Below, piece by piece: positions 40,582 to 50,798 of a stretch of 64,000 bases of DNA. Position numbers and translations under genes: made by a program. The stretch is from a virus (taxonomy: Duplodnaviria > Caudoviricetes), in IMG/VR virus record IMGVR_UViG_3300010356_002264; one strand, given 5' to 3'. The notes beneath the pieces were generated by a model. The model had not been told where the DNA came from. It ran no database searches and worked only from the letters and a program-made list of their open reading frames with translations. Within the stretch, counting starts at the first letter, position 1. Every line of letters begins with the position of its first letter.

Positions 40582-41189
40582 CGCCCGCCCAGGTGGCCGC
40601 CGCGTGCGGCCTGAAGGACCCCGACGCCCACGTGCGGGCAGCCGAGACGGTCGCCCCGTCCACGGACGGCCGCAAGCGCGGCTACACGACCCGGATGCTC
40701 TGCCAGGCGGTCTCCCACGCCTCCGAGGGCAAGGAGGTGGTGGTGGTCGCCCTGCCCTCCTACGTGCGGGACGAGACGATGTTCCGGCTCGCGACCGGCA
40801 TGGCCGCGCGGGCGGGGCTCCGGCTCCAGCGCATCGAGGGGCAGCGGGCGCAGTTCGACCGCGGGTCGATCCGCGTGGCGTCGAGCCAGGACCCCGCGGG
40901 CGTGCCGGCAGGAGAGCGGCCCGGCCTCGTGGTGCTGCGCGACCACCTCGTCGAGGCGACGGCCCCGCTGTACCTCCCCGCCAAGGAGTGGACCTGCCAC
41001 CACGTGGTCCCCCGCGACGGGAAGCGCTGCGCGTCGTGCGGTGAGGACCTGCGAGGCCAGGACCTGCGCGACGCCCGGCGCCGGCGCGGGGAGCAGGAGG
41101 CCGCCCAGCGCGAGGTCCCGAGCAGGGTGATCCTCGACCCCCGGGGGACAGCTCCCGCGTCAGCCACGTACGTTCCCCAGAAGCCATGA
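40578..41189 (+). CDS. hypothetical protein with a P-loop-like RKRGYTT segment
   Basis: GTGA overlap. Confidence 0.5.
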   Translation: MTPAQVAAACGLKDPDAHVRAAETVAPSTDGRKRGYTTRMLCQAVSHASEGKEVVVVALPSYVRDETMFRLATGMAARAGLRLQRIEGQRAQFDRGSIRVASSQDPAGVPAGERPGLVVLRDHLVEATAPLYLPAKEWTCHHVVPRDGKRCASCGEDLRGQDLRDARRRRGEQEAAQREVPSRVILDPRGTAPASATYVPQKP

Positions 41190-41665
41190 TCCCACCCAAG
41201 CCTTGGCCACGCGACGCGCGCCCCTACGCGGACCTGCGCAGGCGCTTCAGCAGCGCGCTCACCTCCGTCCTACCGGCGGTCGCCCACTACCCCCTCACGG
41301 TGCTGCTGGAGGAGTTCGACGAGTACGTCGAGGGGGGACCCGCTCGCGACCCCCGCGAGGTCGACGCGCTCCAGGGGATCCTGTCGGCGCTCCTGGCGTA
41401 CCGGAACGCGTACCGGGAGCGCGCCCAGGACCCCAGCCCGGTCCAGGAGTCCGCGGGCCGACCGAGGTGGGCGCTGTTCTGCATGGGCTGGCACGCGATG
41501 CCCGGCGAGCGGGGGCTCCTCCCCCACGCGCCCCCGGACGGGGTGCCCGAGCGCCGCTGGGGCCTGTGGGCGCGCCTGTGGGTGCAGGCGGGAAGCCCGA
41601 CCGGTGCGGCCTACGACGAGTGGATGGCGGACGTCACCCGGTCGGGAGCGCTCGAACCAAGGTGA
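41186..41665 (+). CDS. hypothetical protein
   Basis: CAGCTC at -37. Confidence 0.6.
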   Translation: MIPPKPWPRDARPYADLRRRFSSALTSVLPAVAHYPLTVLLEEFDEYVEGGPARDPREVDALQGILSALLAYRNAYRERAQDPSPVQESAGRPRWALFCMGWHAMPGERGLLPHAPPDGVPERRWGLWARLWVQAGSPTGAAYDEWMADVTRSGALEPR

Positions 41666-42144
41666 GGAGCCCCGTCGTCAAGCGCGCGACCCACGTGCTG
41701 CGGGTCCCCCAGGTGCGCGCGCTGCGCGAGGCCGAGCAGGAGCACTGCTACGTGCTCGGCCTCGACGCCGGCCACCACGTGACCGTCGTCCACCTGGTCT
41801 CGGTGGGGACCGTGGACATCGCCTACCCCCACGCGCGGGACGTCTTCCGGGAGCTCATCCGGCACAACTGCGTGAAGTTCGTGTTCGTCCACAACCACCC
41901 GGGAGGCCACACGGGTCCGTCCGACGGGGACCGCGACGTGACCGCGTGGCTGCGGCACGCCGGGGAGTGGCTCGGGATCCCGCTCGTCGCCCACGTGCTC
42001 GTGCCGGGCCGGCGAGGGTGCCCGGTCGACGTGGGACCCCCCCTGGAGGCCCCGGACCGATCCCGAACCGAACCCGCCGGTATGCGAGGCTGCCAGCGGG
42101 GCGGAAGATCCGCTCATGAGCTACCGCACGAGCCACTGCCGTAA
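41662..42144 (+). CDS. RadC-like JAB domain protein
   Basis: EQEH, VSVGTVD, RDVFR, HNHPGG..PSDGD. Confidence 0.85.
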   Translation: MRSPVVKRATHVLRVPQVRALREAEQEHCYVLGLDAGHHVTVVHLVSVGTVDIAYPHARDVFRELIRHNCVKFVFVHNHPGGHTGPSDGDRDVTAWLRHAGEWLGIPLVAHVLVPGRRGCPVDVGPPLEAPDRSRTEPAGMRGCQRGGRSAHELPHEPLP

Positions 42145-43171
42145 CCTGCGCTGCACGCCCCTCAACTACCAGTTCGCCGACGCGGTCCAGCCGCGTCCCG
42201 AGGAGTTCGTCGTGGGTCCGGCGGGCACCAACGCCCCCTACCACACGATCCAGGCGGGCATCGACGCGGCGGCGGCCGGGGGGGAGCGGACCCTCTTCAA
42301 CCCGGCCCTCGTGCGGGTGCTGCCGGGGGCCTACCCCGACCAGGTGGTCACGCTGCGCAAGCACGTCCACGTGTGGGGGGCGGGCACCAAGGACGAGGCG
42401 ATCTCGTTCTTCAACGGCTACGTGGTGGTCGACCTCGCGCCCGACCCGTTCGGGGCGTTCGTCGAGTGGCGCGGCATGGGGGTGAACGCCCCGCTCGGGG
42501 CCCCGGCCGGCATCCACTTCACCGGCTCCAACCCCCAGGCGCTCGGCCTGGAGGACGACATCGTCACGGGCAGCGCGGTGAGCCTCCTCATGGACAACAC
42601 CTCGACCGTGAACGCCACCGTCGAGGCGAACCTCGTCCAACTCGCCCCGTTGAGCGCGGCCTTCCAGGCGGTCGTGCAGGACTCCGGGCTGCTCCAGGTG
42701 AAGTACTCCGAGCTCACCAACACCAACCTCGTCGGGGGCGAGTCGCCCGAGGTGCTGCGGTTCGGCCCCACGAGCGCGCACGCGCGCGGGCTCCTGGCGA
42801 TCGTCGACTACTCGACGATCATCGGGCGCGTCGCGGTGGACGGTCGGCTGTCGACGGCGACCGCCGACAACACCATCGTGGTGGTGCTCGGCTACTGCCC
42901 GCAGAGCACCACCACCGCGACGGCCAAGCCGCTCGTGAACACGACGGGCGCGGTCGCCCCGAACGTCGTGTCGGTCGGCCTCTACTACCACCTGCTGGCC
43001 CCCTCGAACTGGGTCGCGGGCAACCCCGCCGTGCAGGGGACGCCCCTGTTCTCGACCGTGAAGGTCCAGAACGCGGCCGTCTCGGGCAAGGGGTCCCTTG
43101 ATGGGGTTCCGTTCTCGTCGCTGACCGACACCTTCTACGCGATCTCCGACCCCGTCCCGTTCGTCTCGTAG
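42116..43171 (+). CDS. pectin-lyase-like beta-helix protein (possible virion or depolymerase protein)
   Basis: APYHTIQAGIDAA...VRVLPGAY cap motif followed by a beta-rich body. Confidence 0.55.
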   Translation: MSYRTSHCRNLRCTPLNYQFADAVQPRPEEFVVGPAGTNAPYHTIQAGIDAAAAGGERTLFNPALVRVLPGAYPDQVVTLRKHVHVWGAGTKDEAISFFNGYVVVDLAPDPFGAFVEWRGMGVNAPLGAPAGIHFTGSNPQALGLEDDIVTGSAVSLLMDNTSTVNATVEANLVQLAPLSAAFQAVVQDSGLLQVKYSELTNTNLVGGESPEVLRFGPTSAHARGLLAIVDYSTIIGRVAVDGRLSTATADNTIVVVLGYCPQSTTTATAKPLVNTTGAVAPNVVSVGLYYHLLAPSNWVAGNPAVQGTPLFSTVKVQNAAVSGKGSLDGVPFSSLTDTFYAISDPVPFVS

Positions 43172-43209
43172 GTCAGCTCTGAACGGGAACCCCCGGGTCC
43201 CCACTCCCC

Positions 43210-43578
43210 ATGTTGAGCCTTCCTGCCCAAGACCTCGCCGACGCCCTGCACCAGGGCTGTGACCCGCACCTGCTGCACCCCTTCCTAATCGACGCGATCG
43301 ACCGCCTCGTCCGCCTGGAGGCGACCCCCGCGTCCGACGTCATCCATGGAGCGCTAGAGCGCGCCGAGACGGCCGTGATGGCCCCCATGGTGTTCGGAGG
43401 GGACCTGCCGAGCCCCGTCCTGTCCCTTCTTGGAACGATCGCGCTCGACGTCGGAGCGCTCGTCGACCACCTGCGCAGGTCGGAGGCCGAGCGCCAGCAG
43501 CTCAGGGACGCCCTGCACGCAACGCGCGGGGTAGATTTGCCGCATGCACATCCTCACCAAGCAGGTCCATGTGGTTGA
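43210..43578 (+). CDS. hypothetical protein
   Basis: CAGCTC at -36. Confidence 0.6.
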   Translation: MLSLPAQDLADALHQGCDPHLLHPFLIDAIDRLVRLEATPASDVIHGALERAETAVMAPMVFGGDLPSPVLSLLGTIALDVGALVDHLRRSEAERQQLRDALHATRGVDLPHAHPHQAGPCG

Positions 43579-43867
43579 GCTCGACGAGCTCATCCGCTTC
43601 GCCTCCCAGGTCGCTGGCCGGGAGGTCGCACCCTTCGTGCTCGACCCCCGCAGGATCGCCCTGTTCGAGCTCGCCCGCCTGCCCCCGCTCCCCCGCCTGC
43701 ACGAGGCGAGCGGCCACCTGAGCCCCGTCCAGCACGCCAAGTGGGAGGCGCTGCGCGCCCCCGACCCCCCGATCGTGTCGGTCTCGATCGAGACGATCCT
43801 CGACGCCCTGGTCCGCGAGGGGCGAGCCCCCGGGGGGACCTACCTCGTCGTCGGGGCTTCCGGGTAA
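43544..43867 (+). CDS. hypothetical protein
   Basis: Operonic ORF. Confidence 0.55.
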   Translation: MHILTKQVHVVELDELIRFASQVAGREVAPFVLDPRRIALFELARLPPLPRLHEASGHLSPVQHAKWEALRAPDPPIVSVSIETILDALVREGRAPGGTYLVVGASG

Positions 43868-43875
43868 GCTCGGAC

Positions 43876-44223
43876 ATGAGCCGAACCACCCTACTAGAGC
43901 CCCGCACGATGAAGGCCACCGCGGCCCACCACCAGCTGGGCGACCTCAGCAGTAGTGTGCCCGACTGGTGCGTGGTGACCGAGGAGGACGAGGACAACTA
44001 CTACGGGCGCTGGGTGCTCGGGATGGGGTTCTTCAACGTCCGCTTCCCCAAGGCGACCACGCACGAGCTCACCGCAGAGGACGAGCGGGCGTTCAACGCC
44101 ATGGTGCCCCGGATACGGATCGGCGGCCTGGGACACGCATCCGAAACATACGGCCCGCACCGGGCCTGGCCTTCGAGCGAGCATTTCCCCGCCGACCTCG
44201 GGGCGGAGATCGCTCGCCTATGA
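43876..44223 (+). CDS. hypothetical protein
   Basis: Operonic ORF. Confidence 0.6.
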   Translation: MSRTTLLEPRTMKATAAHHQLGDLSSSVPDWCVVTEEDEDNYYGRWVLGMGFFNVRFPKATTHELTAEDERAFNAMVPRIRIGGLGHASETYGPHRAWPSSEHFPADLGAEIARL

Positions 44224-44720
44224 CCTCACCCACCCTTCACAGCGCGGTCGCCGCACTCCTGCGGGAGCTCCCGCAAGACCTCGTCGTGTGGCGCGTCCTC
44301 GACGTGGAGTACACGGCGTCTGCCCTGGCGCAGGAGGTCGCGCAGGGGTCCGTGTTCGGCACACAGTACGCGGAGGACCTGCTGCGGGTCTGTCGAGACC
44401 TGCTCGGACGGCACGAGCGTCGAGAGCGTCGAGAGCGTCACGCCCTCCCCGCAGGTCGGCTGGCCATACGAGAGCGGACGCGGTCTCTCGGCCGGTCGTC
44501 GGACCCCGACGTAAGGCAGCTCGCCCACGACGCCGACCGCATGCTCCTGCTGCTGGAGGCGCTGCTGCTGGTGGACCACCCGGAGTCCCCCCTGTCGGAC
44601 GGGGACCACGCGGGCGCGGTCAACTTCCTCCTTCAGCTCGTCCCCAAGGTGCGGGCGCTGCTCGGTAGCGAGGGAGCCCCAGACGATGAGTCCGCCTACG
44701 CCGTCCTCCGCGAGCCCTGA
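44220..44720 (+). CDS. hypothetical protein
   Basis: ATGA overlap. Confidence 0.55.
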   Translation: MTSPTLHSAVAALLRELPQDLVVWRVLDVEYTASALAQEVAQGSVFGTQYAEDLLRVCRDLLGRHERRERRERHALPAGRLAIRERTRSLGRSSDPDVRQLAHDADRMLLLLEALLLVDHPESPLSDGDHAGAVNFLLQLVPKVRALLGSEGAPDDESAYAVLREP

Positions 44721-44942
44721 GGGGCCGCGCCGGACCTGCCCCGTGTGCCTGATCCGTGCCCCACTACAAGGTGGGAGGTTCGTGCTGCACGCGATGGACC
44801 GGATCAACGGCAAGAACATCCCCTGCCCCTGGACGGGCATCCCCAATCCCCCCGGCGTGTTCGACCTAAACTCTGAGGTCGGCCAGCTCACCCAGCGCTT
44901 CGACGTCATGATCGCCGTCGGGAAGCGCGGAAAGCTCTTCCT

Positions 44943-45782
44943 GTGACCCCCCAGAATCCACCCGACCTCGTAGACATCGGCACCAACCTCTCGAACCGCC
45001 AGTTCGACCCCGACCGCCCCGAGGTGATCGCCCGCGCCCAGCAGGCCGGCGTTCGCGCGATCGTCGCGACCGGCACCGACCTGCGCGCGACCCGCGCCGG
45101 CCTGGAGCTCGCGGCCCGCTACCCCGGCGTCGTCTACACGACGTGCGGGGTCCACCCACACAACGCGACGACCTACGAGCGGGACAGCCCCCACCTCACG
45201 ACCCTCGCCCGCGACCCCGCCGTGGTGGCGATCGGCGAGTGCGGCCTCGACTTCAACCGCGACTTCTCGCCCCGCCCCGTCCAGGAGCGCGCCTTCGCCT
45301 CCCAGGTGGAGACCGCCATCGAGACCAGAAAGCCGCTCTTCCTCCACGAGCGGGACGCCCACGTGCGCTTCCTGTCCATCCTCGACGACTACCGCGACCA
45401 CGGGACCCTGCCCGTTCCCGCCGTCGTCCACTGCTTCACCGGAACCGACAAGGAGGTGCGGGCCTACCTCGACCGAGGGTTCATGATCGGCGTCACCGGG
45501 TGGGTCTGCGACGACCGCCGCAACGGGGCACTCCTCCGCGCCCTCGCCCTCTTGCCCATGGACCGGCTGCTCCTGGAGACCGACGCCCCCTTCCTCCGCC
45601 CGCCCGGCCTCCTCGGACAGACCCGCCGCAACGAGCCCTGTAACCTCGTCCACGTGTGCCGCCGCGTCGCCGCCGTGCTCCGCAAGACCCCCGAGGAGGT
45701 CGCCCGCACCACCACCGACAACGCCCGACGCTTCTTCCGCCTGCCGGCCTCCAGCCCCCCGACTCCCGACAAGAGCCCGTAG
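44943..45782 (+). CDS. tatD: TatD-family DNase
   Basis: LVDIGTNL, GVHPH, AIGECGLDFNR, FLHERDAH, VVHCFTG, LLETDAPFL, RNEP. Confidence 0.93.
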   Translation: MTPQNPPDLVDIGTNLSNRQFDPDRPEVIARAQQAGVRAIVATGTDLRATRAGLELAARYPGVVYTTCGVHPHNATTYERDSPHLTTLARDPAVVAIGECGLDFNRDFSPRPVQERAFASQVETAIETRKPLFLHERDAHVRFLSILDDYRDHGTLPVPAVVHCFTGTDKEVRAYLDRGFMIGVTGWVCDDRRNGALLRALALLPMDRLLLETDAPFLRPPGLLGQTRRNEPCNLVHVCRRVAAVLRKTPEEVARTTTDNARRFFRLPASSPPTPDKSP

Positions 45783-45824
45783 CCCGAGTACCCTGGACGG
45801 GCGATCAACGCCCGAGGAGCCCCC

Positions 45825-46061
45825 ATGGCAACCGACCCCGAGGCGGAGCGCGAGTACGCCCGCATCGATCCCATCCAGTCCGTGAGCGAGATGACGCGCG
45901 CGGTAGACGCCCTCCCCTCCAACCTCCGGCGCTGCGTCATCTACCTCGGCCTGGCCCGCTCCCGCTTCCAGTGGTGGTGGAGCCTGCTCGCCCGGAAGCA
46001 CGGGATACCACCGTGCGACTGGCCCGACCCACCAGGCACCGTGCTAGCCTCTCTCGCATGA
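45825..46061 (+). CDS. hypothetical protein
   Basis: AGGAG SD. Confidence 0.55.
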   Translation: MATDPEAEREYARIDPIQSVSEMTRAVDALPSNLRRCVIYLGLARSRFQWWWSLLARKHGIPPCDWPDPPGTVLASLA

Positions 46062-46264
46062 GAGACCCCGCCCGCATCGTCCCCATGCTCGACGCCCTCC
46101 GCCGCGTGTGGGAGAAGAACCCCGACCTCCGCCTCGGTCAGATCGTCAGCAACGCTGCCCGCTCGCACGGCGCGTGGCCCGACGTCTTCTCCATCGAGGA
46201 CGAAGACCTCCTGCGCGGGCTCAACAGCTCGCCCCAGGCCCGCCCCCGCTACCCCCACGCATGA
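46058..46264 (+). CDS. YihD/DUF1040-like small protein
   Basis: MRDPARI...WEKNPDLRLGQIV...IEDEDL. Confidence 0.7.
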   Translation: MRDPARIVPMLDALRRVWEKNPDLRLGQIVSNAARSHGAWPDVFSIEDEDLLRGLNSSPQARPRYPHA

Positions 46265-47163
46265 GCACCCCACCGGCCAGATCCCACGTCCCCTCACCCA
46301 GCTACCCCCAGAGCCGCCCCACAGGCGAGCTCGTCGCCCTCATGACCGGCTCCGGCCCCCGCATCGGCGACGCCCTCCACGCGGACCCCGACGCCATGAC
46401 CGACGTCCTGGCGGCCCTCACCCGGCTCGCCGCCCTGGAGGCCGCCACCCCCCCAGAGGTCGAGACCGCGCTCGCCCAGGCCGACCTGCTCATCAACAAC
46501 CACCGAGACCCCGAGGTCTGCACCCTCGCCAACCACACCCGCCGCCTCGCCCAGGCGCTCACTGAAGCCCGCGCCGAGCTAGCCCGCCTCACCTCCGAGA
46601 ACGAAGACCAGCACGCCCGCCTCATGGCGCACGCCAAGCACTCCGACGCCTCCAGCCTCGCGGCCATCGAGTACATGACCCGCCTCCGCCGCGAGCGCGA
46701 CCACGCCCTCGACCGCGCCGCCACCCTCGCCCACGGAGTCCGCCTGATCCTCCGCAAGCACTCCCTCCCCCCCTCCAACATGCAGGCCGCCCACGCCTGG
46801 GAGCGCGACCACGCCGCCCTGTACGCCGAACCCTACGCCCCAACCCCTCGACCCCCATCCCCCATCCCCTCCACCTTCGTCGACCTCTGCACCGCCGGCC
46901 TCCGCCTCCCCACCGAGGCCGACGACTTCATCGACTCCTGGCACGACGGCCACGACCCCCGCCCCCTCGCCCAGGCCCTCGGCCTCTCCCCCGAGGAGTA
47001 CGCCCGCTTCACCACCGACCCCACCGAGCTCCCCCGCGCCCTCGCACGCGCCTCCCTCACCGCCAAGGTCCGCCTCGCCCTCGCCCCCCTCACCGACCAG
47101 CCCGTCACCCCAGAGCTCCTCGACGAGCTCGCCAAGACCCTCACCCTCACCCTGTCCCCCTAG
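46261..47163 (+). CDS. hypothetical protein
   Basis: CAGCTC at -36; extremely C-rich. Confidence 0.65.
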   Translation: MSTPPARSHVPSPSYPQSRPTGELVALMTGSGPRIGDALHADPDAMTDVLAALTRLAALEAATPPEVETALAQADLLINNHRDPEVCTLANHTRRLAQALTEARAELARLTSENEDQHARLMAHAKHSDASSLAAIEYMTRLRRERDHALDRAATLAHGVRLILRKHSLPPSNMQAAHAWERDHAALYAEPYAPTPRPPSPIPSTFVDLCTAGLRLPTEADDFIDSWHDGHDPRPLAQALGLSPEEYARFTTDPTELPRALARASLTAKVRLALAPLTDQPVTPELLDELAKTLTLTLSP

Positions 47164-47214
47164 TCAGCTCCACCCAGCTCCCCCCACCCCGACGGGTCCC
47201 CAAAGGAGTCCCCC

Positions 47215-47805
47215 ATGCCACCTGCTCGCCACGTCTTCAACACCCTGTCCCCCCTGCCGTTCCTCCTGTTCTTCGCCTCCCTCTGCTCCGCCACACGCCA
47301 CCTCGCACCCTTCTGGTCTTTCCTGACCTCCCTCCTGTGCGCCTTGTCCGTCTGCTCCGCCTCAAGCTCCCTCCGCACCAACCTCCGCACCCTCCTACGC
47401 ACCACCAACCCCTCCGCTCCCGACCCCCTGCCCTACCCACGAGGACGCCTCCTCGCCAGCGCCCTCGTCCTCCTCACCTTCCTCGCCCTCAGCCACCTCA
47501 CGAGCCTCAACTTCCTCTCCGTCCCCCGCTACCTCGCCGCCCCCACCCTCGCCCTCTTCCTCCTCCACGCCCTCGCCCAGTACGCCGCCACGCTCCACCT
47601 CCGCACCCTCATCGCCCTCGCGGACCTCGACGCCAACCACCCCGGCACCCCCTCCTCCTCCCGACTCCACCCCTCCCCAACCCCACACGTCAAGGTCGGC
47701 CCGCTCCACCTCCCCATCAGCCCCCGCCCCGACCGACTCCTCCGACTCTCCGCCCCCATCGCCGACCTCTACCTCCGCTACCCACACCTCGCCTGGATCC
47801 CGTAA
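47215..47805 (+). CDS. putative membrane protein
   Basis: AAGGAG SD; about 4 hydrophobic segments; extremely C-rich. Confidence 0.55.
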   Translation: MPPARHVFNTLSPLPFLLFFASLCSATRHLAPFWSFLTSLLCALSVCSASSSLRTNLRTLLRTTNPSAPDPLPYPRGRLLASALVLLTFLALSHLTSLNFLSVPRYLAAPTLALFLLHALAQYAATLHLRTLIALADLDANHPGTPSSSRLHPSPTPHVKVGPLHLPISPRPDRLLRLSAPIADLYLRYPHLAWIP

Positions 47806-48280
47806 CGGTCCGACCTCCCCCTCCCCCTCCCCCTGGGGGTACCCCCCCACCCCCCACAGAACCGCTCGATAAACCTTCGGGACCAGCCAAGGGACCCGTT
47901 TTGGGCGAATCGAACCGACATCATGAGTAGACGCCGTTTTCCCCCCGTTTTGACCCCCTTTCTACCGGACCTCACCTCGACGGACCAGATCACCCCCCTT
48001 TCGGGGCGATCTCACCGACGGTACGCGACCGACCTCCGTGCGCGCCGACGCGCGACCGAGTCGCCTCGACCCGAAGGCGTCGCGGGGCCGGTTCACCGAC
48101 GGGCGGCACGGGCACGGTGCGTGAGGGTCCCGCGTCGTGGCGTTTCGGGGGGTCCGTGGCGCACCGTGGCGTTCACGGGCCGGAGGGGGCCGGTGAGGGG
48201 TCGGACAAGCGAACGGCGAGTCGAGACGGTTCGTAGCCCAGCGGGGGGGTTGACGAAACGGGGGAGGCAGGGGAGGATGT
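47806..48280. other. non-coding GC-skew switch region (candidate origin or genome-end junction)
   Basis: C-rich to the left, G-rich to the right; GGGGGTACCCCC palindrome; CCGTTTT x3, TCACCGACG x2, TTTCGGGG x2. Confidence 0.55.
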
Positions 48281-48284
48281 GGGC

Positions 48285-48869
48285 ATGACGGGAGCGGTGA
48301 GTCTTGAGGTGTACGCGCGGCTTGGGGGGGCGAGTCGGCAGGCGGTGCATAAGAGTGGGGATCCGGTGAGGTGGCTTGGGGCGCGGGTGAGGCGGGGGTT
48401 GGTGCCTGTGCGGCCGGAGAGCGTGCGAGGTGCGTGGGGTGTGGCGCGTGCGCGGGCCGGGGAGCTCGTGGAGGCTGCGCGTGGGAGGCTGCTGGGTCGG
48501 GGGGGTGCGTCTGGTGTGGGGCGGAGGCGAGCGGAGAGTGCGGAGGGGCTGGGGGAGGCGCTGGGGGTGGTGGTGCGGGCCGGGGAGACGGTGGTGGAGG
48601 TGTTCGCGCGGTGGGTTCGTGAGCAGGTGCGTGCGGTGGGGCGGCTTGGGCGGGGTAGGCGGCCTAGGGGTTGGCGGGCGGTGGTGCCGTGGCTGGACGG
48701 GGTGTGGTTGCCGCGGTGGGTGGGGCGGTTGTGCGGAGTGTTGGCGGTGGTGCCGGAGGGTCGGCGGTACGTGTCGGAGCGGGTGGAGGGGTCTGGGGAG
48801 GTGCAGGAGGAGCAGGAGGACCCGTGGGGGGACGATGGGGAGGGGTCGCTGCTCTACGAGAGCGACTGA
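48285..48869 (+). CDS. hypothetical protein
   Basis: G-rich ORF with GGAGG upstream. Confidence 0.4.
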   Translation: MTGAVSLEVYARLGGASRQAVHKSGDPVRWLGARVRRGLVPVRPESVRGAWGVARARAGELVEAARGRLLGRGGASGVGRRRAESAEGLGEALGVVVRAGETVVEVFARWVREQVRAVGRLGRGRRPRGWRAVVPWLDGVWLPRWVGRLCGVLAVVPEGRRYVSERVEGSGEVQEEQEDPWGDDGEGSLLYESD

Positions 48870-48907
48870 CGCAGCTCTACGAGGAGCAGAGGGTTCGACG
48901 TAGGGGT

Positions 48908-49177
48908 ATGGCGACGACGCAGGATCTAGAGGAAGAGATCAACCGGGCGGCGGAGTACGCGGGGTTTCCGTCGAGGTGGGTGGCGCGGGTGGTGGAGCGG
49001 GATGGGGATGTATGGGTGGAGGTAGACGGGCGTGTCTACCAGGTGGACCTGGCGTGGGCGCTGGGGAACGTGAGGCGGTTGGCGGACCGGTGTTCGGTGG
49101 CGCAGATGGTGCACGCGCTGGAGGTGTCGCACCCTGGGGTGATGGGGGTGAGCAGCAAGCAGCGGGCGCGGGGTTAG
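48908..49177 (+). CDS. hypothetical protein
   Basis: CAGCTC at -36 and CGAC at -12. Confidence 0.65.
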   Translation: MATTQDLEEEINRAAEYAGFPSRWVARVVERDGDVWVEVDGRVYQVDLAWALGNVRRLADRCSVAQMVHALEVSHPGVMGVSSKQRARG

Positions 49178-50022
49178 GGTGCGAGCAGGGGGGTGACGCG
49201 GTCGCGGAGGCCGTCGGGGAGGTGGGCGAGGGCCTCGTGGACCTGGGAGTCGCTGTACTTCAGGCTGAAGTGCTTGAGGACGACGTGGCGGGAGGCGAGC
49301 GCCTGGGGGCAGCGGTGGTGTAGCTCGACGAGTTCGTCGAGGTGGGTGTGTCCGTAGCGTGCGGCGGCTGAGGTGGGGTCTGGAGGGAGGTAGGTGGCCT
49401 CCAGCAGGAGGACCTCGGAGCGTCCGACCTCTGGGTGGCGCTCCAGGGTGTCGACGGTGGAGTCGCCGACGTAGGTGAGCAGGTCGAAGGTTACGTCGTC
49501 GGTGACGGTCTCGCCGCGCTGAGCGCGGGTGCGGATGGTCTCGGTGGGGAGGCCGGCGAGCGCGGGCTTGAGCTTGCGGCGGGTTTCGGTGACGGTGTAG
49601 CCGCGGGAGGGTGCGCGGTGGGTGGCGTCGAAGGCGCGGACGGAGTAGCGGGACGACAGGTGGAGGACGTCTCCGGGGGAGACGGGGTGGACGATGGAGT
49701 CGAGGTCCTGGGGGTCGGCGTGCTCCATGCGCTCGTGGGCGCGGAGGACGGCGAGCAGGTCGTCGCGGGACTCGGCGGGCACGTAGACGCGCGGGGGAGG
49801 GGCGGAGGACAGGGCGCGGAGGCGCAGGTGTCGGACGAGGCCGAGCACGTGGTCGTGGTGGACGTGGGACAGGAGCACGTTGCGGAGGCCGGCAACGTCT
49901 TGGTCGCAGTGGCCGAGGTCGAAGCAGGCGTCGAGTGCGGGGACCGCGACGTAGGTCGCGAGGCCGCTTCGGCTGAAGCCGTGGAGGGTGAGGGGGCCGA
50001 GGGGGAGCGTGACGGGCTGCAT
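49174..50022 (-). CDS. metallo-beta-lactamase fold nuclease, RNase Z-like
   Basis: SHVHHDHVLG, ATHRAPSRGY, YVGDS, LLEATY, YGHTH, LKHFSLKY. Confidence 0.85.
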   Translation of the reverse strand: MQPVTLPLGPLTLHGFSRSGLATYVAVPALDACFDLGHCDQDVAGLRNVLLSHVHHDHVLGLVRHLRLRALSSAPPPRVYVPAESRDDLLAVLRAHERMEHADPQDLDSIVHPVSPGDVLHLSSRYSVRAFDATHRAPSRGYTVTETRRKLKPALAGLPTETIRTRAQRGETVTDDVTFDLLTYVGDSTVDTLERHPEVGRSEVLLLEATYLPPDPTSAAARYGHTHLDELVELHHRCPQALASRHVVLKHFSLKYSDSQVHEALAHLPDGLRDRVTPLLAP

Positions 50023-50063
50023 GGCGTGAAGTCGATGTGCATCCGTCGGATGGAGCTGAGGGC

Positions 50064-50447
50064 TTACCTCTGGGTGATGGACGCGAGCGCGTCGGGTCCC
50101 GTGTGGGTGTGGGGCTTGCCCGCGGGGAGGTACAGGGCCCCGAGGGCGTTGACGCCCTCCAGCTTGTCCGAGTAGATGGTGCCACGGGGGGTCGGGTGGG
50201 GCTTCTTGTAGGTCTCGGGCTTGAGGACGGCGCCGGTCGTCTTGTCGACGAAGCAGAAGGCGCGCTCGTGCCGGTGGCGGTCCGACTCGGGACCCGAGTA
50301 GTGGACGTCGAGGACGAGCACGTAGCGGCGGCCGTCCTTGCACTCCAGGGTGTGGGAGGTGCGGCTCTCCTCGGCGTCGACGATCTTCTGGGCGCGGGCG
50401 ACGAAGGTCGCGAGGGCAGCGGGGAAGCGGGGGTCTGTCTGGCTCAT
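50064..50447 (-). CDS. phage hypothetical protein
   Basis: FCFVDKTTGAVLKPETYKKP..RGTI; CAGCTC at -36. Confidence 0.7.
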   Translation of the reverse strand: MSQTDPRFPAALATFVARAQKIVDAEESRTSHTLECKDGRRYVLVLDVHYSGPESDRHRHERAFCFVDKTTGAVLKPETYKKPHPTPRGTIYSDKLEGVNALGALYLPAGKPHTHTGPDALASITQR

Positions 50448-50484
50448 GGGGGAGAGTCGCCCGGTCGGGTCGGATCGGAGCTGA

Positions 50485-50733
50485 CTACTCGACGCGGCGG
50501 AGGTCCCTGATGGACACGGGGAGAGTGAAGCCGTGCAGCCGCACGCCGCCCTCGGGGGTGAGGGCCTCGACCACGTACTCGGTGTTGACGGACAGGTGCG
50601 CGGAGGCGTTGCCCCCCACGGTACCAGAGGTGCCGGGGACGAAGGCGCGGCGCGAGGTGCTGGATCTCCTGCCCCTGCGGGTCGCGCGCACGACGCGGTC
50701 GCCCGGCTGGAGCGGTCGGGGTTGGTTGTCCAT
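50485..50733 (-). CDS. small SH3-like hypothetical protein
   Basis: CAGCTC at -36 and CGACCT at -12. Confidence 0.6.
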   Translation of the reverse strand: MDNQPRPLQPGDRVVRATRRGRRSSTSRRAFVPGTSGTVGGNASAHLSVNTEYVVEALTPEGGVRLHGFTLPVSIRDLRRVE

Positions 50734-50798
50734 GGGGGGAGGTCGCTGGCCGCGGACGGACCCGAGCTGTTCGGAGCCCAGCGGGCGGGTTGACGAAA

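Noticed and set aside
40578-41189. Terminase large subunit
   Set aside because: Only an RKRGYTT-like fragment in a ~200-aa ORF; no clear Walker B or nuclease domain.
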